Shown: piece after piece, positions 1 to 11,933 of the stretch
Numbering within the stretch: the stretch's first letter is position 1
Layout: every line of letters begins with the position of its first letter
Assembly: GCA_951406725.2 (NCBI GenBank)
Contig: OX597837.1
Location: 12,648,001 to 12,712,000, forward strand
Reading direction: 5' to 3'
Origin: Octopus vulgaris
Lineage: Eukaryota
Length of the DNA stretch: 64,000 bases
The notes under the pieces: generated by a model
Databases searched by the model: none
What the model was told of the DNA's origin: nothing
What the model saw: only the letters and a program-made list of their open reading frames with translations
Position numbers and translations under genes: made by a program

Positions 1-508
1 TAGTGGGTGTAGTACTAGTAGTTGTAAGCAGGGGAGAAGATGTTGACAATGATGATAATTGAGCTGCTGGGGCAGTGAAAGGAAGGGGTGGTGCTTCCTG
101 CTGTGTGACCCTGATGACTGGGGGGGGGTCAATCGTTTCGTTTAGCAAATCGGCCATTGTAGAAGAATCAAGGAGTGGTTCATACTCTTGTTGTTGCCGC
201 TGAGGTTGTTGTTGGTGCTGCTGAAGTTGTTGTTGTTGTTGTTGTTGTTGCCGCTGAGTTTGTTGTTGAGGTTGTTGTTGTTGTTGTTGTGCCGGAGATG
301 CGTTCGAAGAGAAAACACATCTCAGTTTATCGAAGTGTTTATTTATTAATTTAAAAGCAACTTCGATTTGTTTTAATTTATTTTGTATCTGCTGTTCAGA
401 TCGAGTTTGCAAATGATGAACTGTTCGTTTAGCAATTTCGTTCAGACACGAAGCTCCTATTCTCTCTGTTTGGGTAAGGCCACGCCATGTGCTGATAAAA
501 CGTCGATT
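1..508 (-). other. Stop-free reading frame with polyQ and Pro/Thr-rich tract, running off the left edge (TE ORF remnant or exon)
   Basis: Manual translation: ...FISTWRGLTQTERIGASCLNEIAKRTVHHLQ...SPAQQQQQQPQQQTQRQQ...EYEPLLDSSTMADLLNETIDPPPVIRV...TTTSTTPT. No stop from 508 to 1. Not in the ORF track because it is open-ended. Confidence 0.3.
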
Positions 509-589
509 TCATTATCAGACCAGTTTTTGTTGGATTTTTGGTAGCTAGCCATTCTGGTGGATATGTTTTATTAAATTTTATTTTGTTAC

Positions 590-1004
590 TCTCTTTACTC
601 TTTACTCTTTTACTTGTTTCAGTCATTTGACTGCGGCCATGCTGGAGCACCGCCTTTAGTCGAGCAAATCGACCCCAGGACTTATTCTTTGTAAGCCCAG
701 TACTTATTCTATCGGTCTCTTTTGCCGAACCGCTAAGTGACGGGGACGTAAACACACTAGCATCGGTTGTCAAGCAATGCTAGGGGGACAAACACACACA
801 CAAACACACACACATACACACATATATACATATATATACATATATACGACAGGCTTCTTTCAGTTTCCGTCTACCAAATCCACTCACAAGGCATTGGTCG
901 GCCTGGGACTATAGCAGAAGACACTTGCCCAAAGTGCCATGCAGTGGGACTGAACCCGGAACCATGTGGTTGGTTAGCAACCTACTTACCACACAGCCAC
1001 TCCT
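590..1004 (-). mobile_element. tRNA-derived SINE, family 1, full length
   Basis: Minus-strand head CAGGAGTGGCTGTGTGGT (A box) ... GGTTCAGTCCC (B box), internal (TA/CA)n, and (GAGTAAA)n tail. Near-identical copies at 51376-51795 and 60849-61268. Confidence 0.85.
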
Positions 1005-1518
1005 GTTCGTTTGTTTTGTTGATTATTTTTATTTACTTTTATTTTTTATTTTATTTTATCTTATTTTTTTTTAAGGAGACGTATGTAGAATAGATTGTAC
1101 AGAATGTTTGATGTAATACTGAGAAATTTGTATTTGAATTATGAGCTTGCAGTTATTTTATCTTTCTTTTCTTTTCTTTTTTTCCCCTCTTTTTCTAATT
1201 TTTAATGTGTGGTTGATCCTTTAGTTATCAGAAGGTGTTGATGAAGTATATATATAAATAAATACTCTCTCGTAGAAGTGTGTGGTTTTGTTTATTTGGT
1301 CGTTTGAAATTTATGAGCATAATTTGTAGTTAAAGAAAAGTCTACTCACGAGTTGGGAAAACGCGTGGTTTCAAATATACAAGAATATATGTGATGGTCA
1401 ATTTCGTTTGTAGCTGTGAAGCTTGCTGCTGACCGGTGCGGAGAGGAGTAAAGACACGTCTTTATACTTCAGCAATAAGTGTGGATTATGAGCAATCATA
1501 ATGTATGTATGTATATAT

Positions 1519-1578
1519 ACAACTTATAAATAAGGGCAAACGAAAAAATTTTTTCGTTTGCCCTTATTTATAAGTTGT
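1519..1578. repeat. Perfect 60-bp palindrome with no spacer
   Basis: ACAACTTATAAATAAGGGCAAACGAAAAAA followed directly by TTTTTTCGTTTGCCCTTATTTATAAGTTGT. Confidence 0.95.
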
Positions 1579-3269
1579 TTATAATTTAACCTTTAAAGGT
1601 ATTTTTTAATATGCTGGCCATTGATAAATTTTTTTTCGAAAAAATGTTATCCTACATTAGATATATATAATAAATATTTAATGGTTTATTGAATATAGAG
1701 TCTGGTAAGTTACAATTTTATTTATATTATATATTTTGTTATATTTCAGTTATAATTTCGTTAAATTATAATTTTGTTATATTAATCTATTTGTATGTAA
1801 TCTCTTTATATTTGAAATAGACTTATTTAGTTGTTTATTTAATCTATTTTATTTAATATAGAAGTATAGATTAGTAGATTAATTATTTAGATTAAACTTA
1901 ATGTTTACCTCTATTTTGTATTGTAGTATGAATATAGACATTTATATACGTATTTATTATACGATATATGAGGTAGTGTGTGTATGTATATATGTGTATA
2001 TGTTGATGTGCGTGTATATATATGTATATACATTTATTTATGTGTGTGTGTATATAGGTGTATGTGTATATATTGAGTATTGTATGTATGTATATGTATG
2101 TATGTGTGTGCATATGTGTATGTGTGTGTATATATGTATATGTATGTATGTGTGTATGTATGTGTATATGTGTATGTATATGTATGTATATATATATATG
2201 TATATATATATGTATATATATGTATATGTATATATATTTTTTATATATTTATGTATACGTAGGTATAGTTATACTACAAATTTTGATAAGTATTTATAGA
2301 TTTGGTTATGATCAATAATTTTAGCTTATAACTATAAGAGCAAGGGGAAAGACTTTATAGTATGATGAGAGGTTACTATATAAAAAACTTTTTTATATAT
2401 TTATTAATCATATAAGTTTTTTAGAATATATTTAATAATTAGTGGTTTTTAATCATTTAAATCATTTAATTTATTTTGTATTAAGTATTATTTATCATAG
2501 TTATTTTATTAATAAATATTATAGTATAAAGAGATTTTATTCTTTATTTGTGACTTCATTCTATTTACAATGATAAACCATTAATTTTCCCATTCACAAT
2601 CTCATTGATAAAGCGTATGTTCCTCACGCTTAATGAATTCTTCAACAATTTATTCTTTTTTTGCTAATAACGTAATTCCACGAGTATTCTTATAAACGCT
2701 GTAAAAACGTTTTCCGATTCAAAATTTTAGTTCATTGCTAAACCTCGCTAAGATAAGCATTTATTTATATTTAAGATGTTCAAATTATATATTTTAATAT
2801 TGTATAAGTCTTTGGTGTAATAATATTTTCCTTTTGTAAATATCGTTATTTATGTAATGATCTAATTATCGTAATTTTCTATATTATTAGATATTAAATT
2901 TAAGTTTATTCGTAAGATACTACATAGCGATAGATTTGTTATTTGATAGCAAGTATACGAGGTGTATAAAGATAGGCTTTTGTATATACATGTTTTAATA
3001 GTATTAATTGTAGTTTTAAATTTATAATTAAATTAGATAAACTTAGATATGTTTCGACTAAAGATTGGTCCAGGCCATGTCTAATTTAATAGCATAACTT
3101 AGTTATTTTTTTTACATTGATATTCGCTAGTTATTCCCATTGATAATTATATTTATAGTATTTATAGTATTTATTCGATACTATATTACTACGAATTGAT
3201 TATTTCTATAAGTATTTTACATAAATTTCCGAAAATTCGTTTAAGTTTGTTTATTTGTATTTTGAAATT

Positions 3270-3870
3270 AGCTATTTCATCTTTAAATATGAAAAATTAA
3301 TTTATTAGGTTTTTATTATAGGTGCATATATATTTATTTATAGAGATTATTTTAGATCTTAATTATAATATTTATATACATTTATATATTTTCATTGATA
3401 ATTTATATATAATAGTCATTTTTAAATATTTATGTAATTAGATATAGATTAATACTGATATTAGATTATTGGTGGGTTTCCTACCTTATAAATTAAAATT
3501 AATATTTAACATTATAGTCGATTTTGATCTAATCATAATTGTTAAGTTTTATGTTTCTAGTTTGATAATAGAGTTTATTATAAGTAAAATTATTATATTT
3601 TTCATATCTTAAAAATATTGTTTAAATATTTCTGATTATATTTTAGAGATTTCAATTAACCTGAAGATTGACTGTAACTATAACTCGAATTATTACGAAT
3701 TGTACAGCCATGAAACGATCGTAGTGTTTTACTCTTTATCTTTTATTAAACTTTTAATACTTTTGATATATATTTAAAATAATATAAATTAATTAATTTT
3801 ACGTATTGGCTTATGTTTTTCATTGTTTGATTTGCCTAATAGTGGTTTTATCTCTATTTTAATATAATAT
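3270..3870 (+). mobile_element. Very AT-rich dispersed repeat, probably Penelope-like (may extend left towards 1519)
   Basis: Homologous in reverse orientation to 53340-54250 and partly to 24035-24350. Shared end TGTTTGATTTGCCTAATAGTGGTTTTATCTCTA. Carries a hammerhead-like motif. Confidence 0.6.
3657..3726 (+). ncRNA. Minimal type I hammerhead ribozyme-like motif (weak stem I)
   Basis: CTGAAGA at 3661, stem II TGACTGTA/TACAGCCA, then GAAAC-GATC-GTA at 3712-3723. Confidence 0.5.
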
Positions 3871-3881
3871 AATATTATATA

Positions 3882-4311
3882 CTAGCAGCATAGCCCGGCG
3901 TTGCCCGGGTATGTAAGAGCCCCTAGTAGGCAACGACTAATCCCAATCTAGTCCTTTCCCTCTAGGGAACGAAGGCGCATGTGTAGGTTGCAATGTCTTC
4001 TCTTCACTCGAATACTTCTGTGTATACGATGTTCCTAGCTGTCCCTTTGGGCGATAAAAAGGTCGAGTTGTGTCCCCTAGACAGAAAATGTGTTGCATAT
4101 AAAAAGCTTAGATTCTCGACCCCATGTCGAATTTATCGATGTTTTTCAGAACTGGGGAAACTTTTCAAAATTTTAGCTGCGTTAGTTTTGAATTATGACA
4201 TTGGGCTATGTGTGTGTTAAGTTTCATCAGAATCGGTTGAAAGCCGTTGTCAGGGTGAGGGTACAACCTGACAGACACACAGACACACAGACAGACAAAC
4301 TGCCGTTTATG

Positions 4312-4320
<9 letters not shown>
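3882..4320 (-). mobile_element. Non-autonomous Helitron-like element
   Basis: Minus-strand 3' end has hairpin CCCGGGCAACGCCGGG, then 8 nt, then CTAG followed by T. The 5' end ...TATATACATAAACGGCAGTTTGTCTGTCTG emerges from (TA)n. Confidence 0.7.
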
Positions 4321-4361
<41 letters not shown>

Positions 4362-4362
4362 T

Positions 4363-4435
<73 letters not shown>

Positions 4436-4450
4436 TATACCCACATATAT

Positions 4451-4501
<51 letters not shown>

Positions 4502-4595
4502 TACATTAAAAGGCCTCTAAAAGAAGAAGCAAGTACTAGATACACAAAAAATGGATAAATTCAATGAAATGAAAATCAAAAACGTTTACAAACTC

Positions 4596-4679
4596 GGCTC
4601 ATCTTATACTGCAGTTTCGTCTTTTTTTAAGCAGTAAATATAATTTATCTGCCAAGACTAGACTCTTCAGTAAGCAGCC
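4596..4679 (-). ncRNA. Minimal type I hammerhead ribozyme, intact core, within a ~430-bp insertion (4500-4929) in (TA)n
   Basis: Minus strand: GGCTG-CTTA-CTGAAGA-GTCT...AGAC-GAAAC-TGCA-GTA-TAAG-ATG-AGCC. Stems I and II pair, and the stem III loop is palindromic. Confidence 0.7.
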
Positions 4680-4845
4680 TTTGTTATCCTAGAAGTACAT
4701 ATCGTTAGAAGCATGTGCGGTTCTACCGACTTGCATTCTCTAACTTTTCAAACCATTGCGCAGACGCAGAACATACCCGACAAACAGAGAGGGTTCTGGT
4801 ATAGGGTCTACGATCAAAAATTTATCGAGTGATATGTGAACATAG

Positions 4846-4923
4846 TAAAAAGGTAATAAAATAAATTATTATTACCGGTGATCTAGTACTAGATCACCGG
4901 TAATAATAATTTATTTTATTACC

Positions 4924-4929
<6 letters not shown>
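4846..4929. repeat. Perfect 84-bp palindrome with no spacer
   Basis: Two 42-bp arms centred on ...GATCTAGT|ACTAGATC..., abutting (TA)n. Confidence 0.95.
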
Positions 4930-4960
<31 letters not shown>

Positions 4961-5039
4961 CCACTAATACACGTAATACTGAAATAGTGGAGAAGATATG
5001 ATATTGCTGTGGGCTCGCACTAGGCAAAAAGTTAAAACT

Positions 5040-5145
5040 TTTTTGCCTATGACACTACATGGACCCTAAGTATGGCATGTGTAAAATTTGAATGAAATTG
5101 GTTGTGTAGTTTTAGGGATTCACACAGACAGACACACATTCTTTC
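5040..5145 (-). mobile_element. Degenerate Helitron-like remnant
   Basis: TGTGTAAAATTTGAATGAAATTGGTTG...CACACAGACAGACACAC resembles 4210-4300. Confidence 0.35.
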
Positions 5146-6477
5146 GTACCAACCAGGATGAAGAGACTCAATCACTCGCTACAGATTTAGTACTCGAATA
5201 CGAGCTAATTTCGACTACGACAACATACGTCTGTATGTATGTATTTGTGAGCGTATGTTTCGTATATCGGTGTGTATTCGCGTGTATGCTTCTTTTGACT
5301 TACCTCTTCTTTGTCATTTTTCTCAAGTTGCTCCTGACCCCTCATATGCAATGCCGAAACTATGACAGATCTGAACAATTTGTATTATTCTCTAATCCTC
5401 ATCGTTGTTGGAATCCGTTTAGCGTATGCACTTCTCCAGCTTAGGTAAAAACAAAATATCTAATATTCAATTGTTAATCGTCATTAACATCTCCAAGCAA
5501 GCTTTAACTTTGCTTCGTCAACGTATTTTACATTGATATATGGCTGAGAATGTGTATATGAATTAATTACATATATCTCAAGGCTATATTTCCCTCTCTT
5601 AATTTTTATTATTGCTAATGTTAGCTTTAGTATTTATTTGATTCGAAACTTTTATTCTACTCACACCCTGTAAATGTTGCTGTCCACCTTTTATTACGAT
5701 AGCTCATGCATTGGAATATGATTATACGGGTATGTTTATGTGATGTTATCGCTAATTATCACTGATCGTTCTCTTTCTTTAATCTTATGCATTTAATTCT
5801 GTATGATCTATTCCGGGCTCTGGCCGGCCCTCTGCTCCACACGTCGACTTGAAAGAGCAGTATTTCTGCAACACGAAAACCTGTCAAACACAAAAAATCT
5901 GTCACTATGCAAAAGAAAAGTCGATACATTCTTTATTCTATATACATACAATTTAATTATTGGTTATTCTATTTCTCATGCAAAAAAAAAACATGAGAGC
6001 CTGAGAAATTTATTTCCTCCGATAGGTGGTATTCGGTGAATGAAGGAATTCGATGTTGCCGTCATCATCTGCGTTTCCTGCCGTGAGGTAGATTTATCCG
6101 AAACTCTTGAGGGGAAAAGATACGCTTCTCTTTTAAAGTCACCTACATCCACTCCACGTACGTCTCTCTCTCTCTCAGGCTTTTGGGGAAGAATATTGAA
6201 GTGCTGAGCTCTTCAAGTTGTTGTAGTACCTGGCCCTGCATCCTGATGACAATGTTGAGGTTTTGGGCACAATGCACACTCTTCTGGTGTCTGTGTAACT
6301 TTCAATGACAAAGTTTGATACAGTTCCTTCCAGCATTTTCCTGAAGGCGGGAAAGAGTAAGATGTTAAGATTAAGGGGGTTGATTTAGAAGAAATGAAAA
6401 TATAGCAAAGAGATAAAGTCAGACATTTTTTAGGAAGAATTTATATTCATAAACATATAAATACATGCAATATGAAG

Positions 6478-6720
6478 TCGCTTGGCTTAGTGGCTAGAGC
6501 ATTCGGCTTCCAGTTGTGAGGTTATGATTTCGATTCCCGGACTAGGCTGTGTGTTCTTGAGCAAAATACTTTATTCCACGTAGCTTAAATTGACTTACTT
6601 GTACAAAATGAGTTTAGGCGTCATTGATACCATGCTGTATCGGCTTTTTCTTTTCCCTTAGGCAACATGGTATGCATGGGCGACAGCTGGTCTTCTAGAG
6701 TGGAACTTCCTGGGTGCAAT
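6478..6720 (+). mobile_element. Old, degenerate tRNA-derived SINE
   Basis: TGGCTTAGTGGCTAGAGC (A box), GATTTCGATTCCC (B box), then TGTGTTCTTGAGCAAAATACTT. Confidence 0.5.
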
Positions 6721-7253
6721 CCCATAGTCATTCGTTGTTTTTACATTTTTATACATATAAACACACGTACACACATATATATATAACTTATAAACAAGGG
6801 GAAAAGAAAAAAATTCTAATGCCAAAATTTGCCGAAAATAGACAAATCGACCATAACCATATAATTTATCACTATAAGCACGCGTCTCGAAGTAAGCCGA
6901 CAGAAATTTCTAAAACAAATTCCGTTATTATCGTATCGGTCCCAATTTCAGAGTTAATTCATAAGAATTTTCTCCTCGTCAGCGATAAATGCGGTAAGAA
7001 ATAAATATAATTCTGTGTATATAAAACAGAATTTGTATCTCATATTACACAGCAAAATAAATTTACTGTGTGACAATGCAATATTTTTCCCGTCGTGTGA
7101 TATTATTTCATAAAGTATACACCTCCACATTTCTGCAACTGATATGACTGGATGAATTCGGCGATGCTGTCCTTTTTGATAAATAATCGCTTGCAGATGA
7201 ACACATGTTCAACTGTCAACAATGATCAACAATGATCAAAGGTTCATATTGTG

Positions 7254-7566
7254 GAGGCACGTGACCTAGTGGTTAGAGCAGCGGACTCGCGGTCGAGGGA
7301 TCGCGGGTTCGAATCTCAGACCGGACGATGTGTGTGTTTATGAGTGAAACACCTAAGCTCCACGCGGCTCCGGCAGAAGGTGATGGCGAAACTTCTGCTG
7401 ACTCTTTCGCCACAACTTTCTCTCACTCTTTTCTCCTTCATCTTGGAGCTCACCTGTGACGGACCGGCGTCCCGTCCAGGTGGGGAACCTATACGCCAAG
7501 GAAACCTGGAAACCGGCCCTTATGAGCCAAGCATGGCTCGAGAAGGAACAAACAAAAAAAACAAAA
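7254..7566 (+). mobile_element. tRNA-derived SINE, family 2 head with a distinct 3' body
   Basis: GGAGGCACGTGACCTAGTGGTTAGAGCAGCGGACTCGCGG...GGTTCGAATCTC. The head is shared with 45950-46332. A-rich (AAAC) tail. Confidence 0.8.
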
Positions 7567-8270
7567 GTGCTCATGTTATTTGGAAGTCATTAAAATCAGT
7601 TGCTTGTATTTTTAAGTGTTACAAAATGTGTTTAACTCTCAAGTTAGAGTAAAAATGAAACAACGGAGTCAAAAATTCTGATACTTTATTTCACATTCTT
7701 ACATTTATATATAATGTCACTCAGGTTACAATTTCTCAGGTTATATTATTTCCATCAGACTTTTCTATATGCTCTAAATAACACTAAAGAACATTAGTCA
7801 GACAACAAAAAGAATAGTCATATGTTAATCAGTCATGCATCGAGAGTACGATTGTTGAAAGTAGTATGCCCCAAAACATACAGAAAATATCAAATATTTT
7901 TGATATCTCATATTACCTAGATTCAGCCAGTCTTATGTACTTTTCCATGGCGGCGAACATAACAAAAATGACATCACATTCCGAAATTGCTATCAATGCA
8001 TACATACATACATATATACATATATGCATGCATGGATATGTTAAAAGAAAGCTCCGAGAGAATAGTAACATCGTTCATCAAAGCAATCTATCATGTACCA
8101 ACCACAGGTTACTAACTCTCACTTTTAAGAGTCAAATACCTGATGCACAAAAGAGACAGCATTGCAGGAAAAGCAGCAAAATGTGACAACCGATGCAAAC
8201 TTTGTGGAGTAAGCAAACACATAAATACATATATGATTTTACAAGTGGAATCGTGTGTTGAAATAGGCAT

Positions 8271-8644
8271 TGTTATATTTTAGGACGGCCATTTTTATTG
8301 GCGGGATGTAACCATATAAACACACGCAATATATATTCGTTCCTCATTTCAAATTTATTATTGCTCCTATTCTGTGTCCATCGTCTTGAATCTTTCGTCA
8401 CAAACCTTGTGACCTCTTCAGCGACTCTGTATCCCACGTATCCTCCTGCTGTCCTGTTCAGTCCATCCTACGTGTCTTCTTCTGTCCTGGGATGGCAAAG
8501 TCGTTGAAAAGGTCAAAGGATATGTGACGAAAGATTTCCGACAAACGGCACTAAAATAAGAACAGCAATAAAGTTGAAATGAGGAATGAATATATAATGC
8601 ATGTGACTATTCGGCGAAAAACATGACCGTCCTAAGATATAACA
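8271..8644. repeat. Diverged foldback: two inverted copies of a Penelope-like end, each with a hammerhead-like motif
   Basis: TGTTATATTTTAGGACGG pairs with CCGTCCTAAGATATAACA, and TTCCTCATTTCAA with TTGAAATGAGGAA. Minus strand 8383-8425 reads GTCG-CTGAAGA-GGTCACA..TGTGAC-GAAA. Confidence 0.6.
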
Positions 8645-8677
8645 TAATTCAGTATTTATTTATCAGTGAATGAGTAA

Positions 8678-8734
<57 letters not shown>

Positions 8735-8736
<2 letters not shown>

Positions 8737-8845
8737 GAAGGTTAAATTTTTTCATTCATTTTTGTGTCTTTTGGTTTGACAGACGATCCACATTCTTCTG
8801 AAATTGCCCAATCTTGGATTTCTCCTCTTGCCAATATCACATACA
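8735..8845 (-). pseudogene. 3' stub (last ~34 codons and stop) of an SLC17 A-type copy at the left array boundary
   Basis: Matches 9018-9128 with a few substitutions. Flanked by (TG)n on the left and the A1 3' flank on the right. Confidence 0.9.
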
Positions 8846-9024
8846 TTTACCAAAATAATAATTACATATTAACACATGTATTGAATATTGATAAAATTAA
8901 ATTATTGGTGATTACAAAATATCGTTTATCATTGAATGATTCACTGCTGAAGATAATATTTTGAAATGGTTAGTACAATTCTTAAATTTGTTGTATATAA
9001 ATTTACGTTCACTCTTCCTGAAGG

Positions 9025-10491
9025 TTAAATTTTTTCATTCATTTTTGTCTCTTTTGGTTTGGCAGACGATCCGGATTCTTCTGAAATTGCCCAATCTTGG
9101 ATTTCTCCTCTTGCCAATATCACATACACTATAGCACCAGCTACACATACAGCAGCACATAAGGCGAACACGAGTTGCCATTCTTGTTGTGTACCGTTTG
9201 GGGTTAAAGCTTTTGTAGATAAGGAACTAAAACTTCCAAACAATACGGCAAACGTGTTACCAATTCCAAATATAATACCAGCATAATTTGGAGCAATGTC
9301 TCTGTTGTTGACAAGAACACCGCCACTGGTAAATGATAGAGTTATACCACTTAGAATCAAAAGAATACTTATTAGAATGGTTTGGTCACATCTGAGGAAT
9401 CCGATGGCAATCAACAGACATGCTGAAACAATCAGAGAAACGCTTTGGAATAAAACTCGAACGATACGAGTTGAGAGATATTTCTTTGAAAGTATAAAAT
9501 CTGCAAATCTTCCACACAACGGTAAAGCAATGATTTGACCAATGGCAGGGGCAGACGACATTAAACCATTGGCTGTTGTTTTAATGTTTAAGGCTTCTTT
9601 CGTATAGAGTGGCAACAACACCTGGAATGTTAAATCTGTCCAACAATAAGCAAAGAAACCGACGATGATCGCCCAAACTGCAGGTGAGGAAAGCATTTCT
9701 TTCCATGGTATTGTTTTAACTAACTTTTCACCTGTTATAGTTTTCTTTAAATAGGAACATTCTTCATCACTAATACTGGGATGGACGTCTGGGCTGTCAT
9801 AAACCACATAAAACCACACACAACTAAACACCAACGATATTCCACCGAATACATAGAATATAGAACCCCATCCATTATCAAAGCAATAAACACAAAGAAG
9901 ACCAGATGATGAGAGACCTACAATACTACCTAGAATTTGACCTGCAAATGCGGAACCAACCAATAAACCTATCTCCTGTGAAGGGCCCCAACGTTCAAAT
10001 AATGATTGAATTGCAGGGGGCACTGGCCCTGATAGTAAACCGGTTAATATTCTTAGAGCAAGTGTAAAATAAGCACTAACTCGAGATAAACTTGGATGAA
10101 GAATGGTTAAAATTGATTTTGATAAAAGCGAAATTCCTAGGACTCTTTTTCCACCATATTTGTCTGCTAAAAGTCCACCCAAAATATTTGTTGCCATATA
10201 CCCATAGAAGTACCCTGCCAACATGTTGGCTTGTAACGAGTCGTTCCACTCGAATTCTCCTTCGTAACTTCGGTCTACAGAATGATCCCCTGAACCGGAA
10301 CACTGTTTGTTGTCTGTGGTAAAATTAAATTCCTCATTTATACGATTAGGTGTCTTCAGCATGCAAACAAAGGCCATGCTTAAATCAACTCTTAATGTTT
10401 GCATCAGAAGAAAAGCAACTGTACACGCATAACATAATCTCCATCGACACAAATAATAGCGCTTAATATAATTGATAAATTTAGACATCAT
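9025..10491 (-). CDS. SLC17 family (sialin-like) MFS anion transporter, copy A1, intact single-exon CDS, 488 aa
   Basis: About 12 hydrophobic segments. Family motifs LRVDLSMAFVCM, FEW...Q...LAGYFYGY, GGLLADKYGGK, GWGSIFYVFG, DSPDVHPSISDEE, IPWKEMLSSPAVWAII, DIAPNYAGIIFGIGNT, EWQLVF, GEIQDWA. Confidence 0.95.
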   Translation of the reverse strand: MMSKFINYIKRYYLCRWRLCYACTVAFLLMQTLRVDLSMAFVCMLKTPNRINEEFNFTTDNKQCSGSGDHSVDRSYEGEFEWNDSLQANMLAGYFYGYMATNILGGLLADKYGGKRVLGISLLSKSILTILHPSLSRVSAYFTLALRILTGLLSGPVPPAIQSLFERWGPSQEIGLLVGSAFAGQILGSIVGLSSSGLLCVYCFDNGWGSIFYVFGGISLVFSCVWFYVVYDSPDVHPSISDEECSYLKKTITGEKLVKTIPWKEMLSSPAVWAIIVGFFAYCWTDLTFQVLLPLYTKEALNIKTTANGLMSSAPAIGQIIALPLCGRFADFILSKKYLSTRIVRVLFQSVSLIVSACLLIAIGFLRCDQTILISILLILSGITLSFTSGGVLVNNRDIAPNYAGIIFGIGNTFAVLFGSFSSLSTKALTPNGTQQEWQLVFALCAAVCVAGAIVYVILARGEIQDWAISEESGSSAKPKETKMNEKI

Positions 10492-11624
10492 TATGTTCTT
10501 TCCACTGACTCTTATAATATTGATATGTGATGTAATGTTAAATATTTTATCGCAGATTAAAGGACAACTGCTGCAGTTAAAGAATTATTATTTCATTGTT
10601 TTGTTCGTTTGTTTAACGTGAGTTCATTTTATAAAAGATGTTTGCTTTGTTTGCAAAGTAAATATTTAATTGAATGTGATGGGGTCTTCAGAAATTAGGA
10701 CGAAGATGTCATTCGTGCTGTCACATTTCTAAGTGTATTAGTGCAATGTATAATCGATAAACATGGACGTCATTTACCAATCACTATAAAGGTGTCGATA
10801 AACGTCAGTAATGATCATTTGGTAACATGTTTAGCCCGTACTTTATTTACAAATAGAAAACGTTACGTCAAAGCAAGAACGCAATCAAGAATGAAGGTTA
10901 CTGTGAAAGTGTTGGGTCGTAACAGCAAATTGCGGAGAAAACAAATCCAAGAACTCTTTATACATACAAGAATTAATAGCACCACTTTCAATTCTTTCTC
11001 TGTCGTTTGTAAAAATGAAGCCTTATTCTTACATAAGACGCCGTTGAACGTTATTTGGGATTCTCCTGGTTTCTGAAATCTCTGCGTTCCATTCCATTTG
11101 GTTCTTTGATTTCTAAAAGTTCAGTTTGGTGGAAATAGAGAATGGTAGTAAATTCCCAGAGAACTGTGTTTGCAGAACGGTTCGTATTCTTTGATACGTT
11201 TGATTATATTTTATATTCGCTCAGTATATATTTGTGGTGCTGCTTAGAATGTTATTTTCTATTCCACGTTGAGTGATTCCTTATATTCAAAATGTGGCAG
11301 AAACTGAAGATGCAGTTTTAAGAATAATTACATCAGAAACAAATGTTGGTGGAATGAATTGGTAACGTTGGGAAAGAAAGTTCGCAGAGTATTTTTATCT
11401 CTATTCCTTGTTTTAGACAAGACTCGATCGATTCCGAATTCCTAGAAATATGTGACCCTGTATCAATGTAAGAAATCAATATTAGATCAATGATATCATC
11501 ATTAGCTCTCTTTTCGACATTTATCTATTATTGATATTATTGGAAAAAGAATAATGTCTTTTACAATTGTTCTTGCTATATACACCTGTTCATATTATAT
11601 GAAATATATATATATATATAGTGA

Positions 11625-11770
11625 ATGTTTCTTTCAGTTTGCGTCTACCAAATTCACTTATAAGATTCAGGTCGGTACAAAATACTTGCCCAAGGTGCCC
11701 GCAGTGAGACTGAACCCGGAACCATGTGGTTGGGAAGCAAGCTTCTTACCACACACCCACTCCTGCGCCT
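11625..11770 (-). mobile_element. SINE family 1 5' fragment (array copies at ~20008, ~30098, ~38686)
   Basis: GGGTTCAGTCTCACTGCGGGCACCTTGGGCAAG on the minus strand, followed by (GACA)n/(GATA)n. Confidence 0.75.
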
Positions 11771-11840
11771 ACATATATATATATAGAGAGAGACAGACAG
11801 ACATACAGACAGACAGACAGAGACAGAGATAGAGAGATAT

Positions 11841-11933
<93 letters not shown>

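Noticed and set aside
7254-7325. tRNA-like sequence (also 46260-46332 and 47905-47976)
   Set aside because: These are SINE heads that continue into SINE bodies; no proper acceptor stem.
9059-9538. Plus-strand ORFs repeated in every A copy (MADDPDSS..., MSLLLTRT...) and similar ORFs opposite B and C
   Set aside because: Antisense shadows of the SLC17 CDS, conserved only because the copies are recent duplicates.
10741-11076. 111-aa ORF upstream of each A copy
   Set aside because: GTG start that is lost in copy 4, no recognisable domain, and recurrence explained by the duplication.
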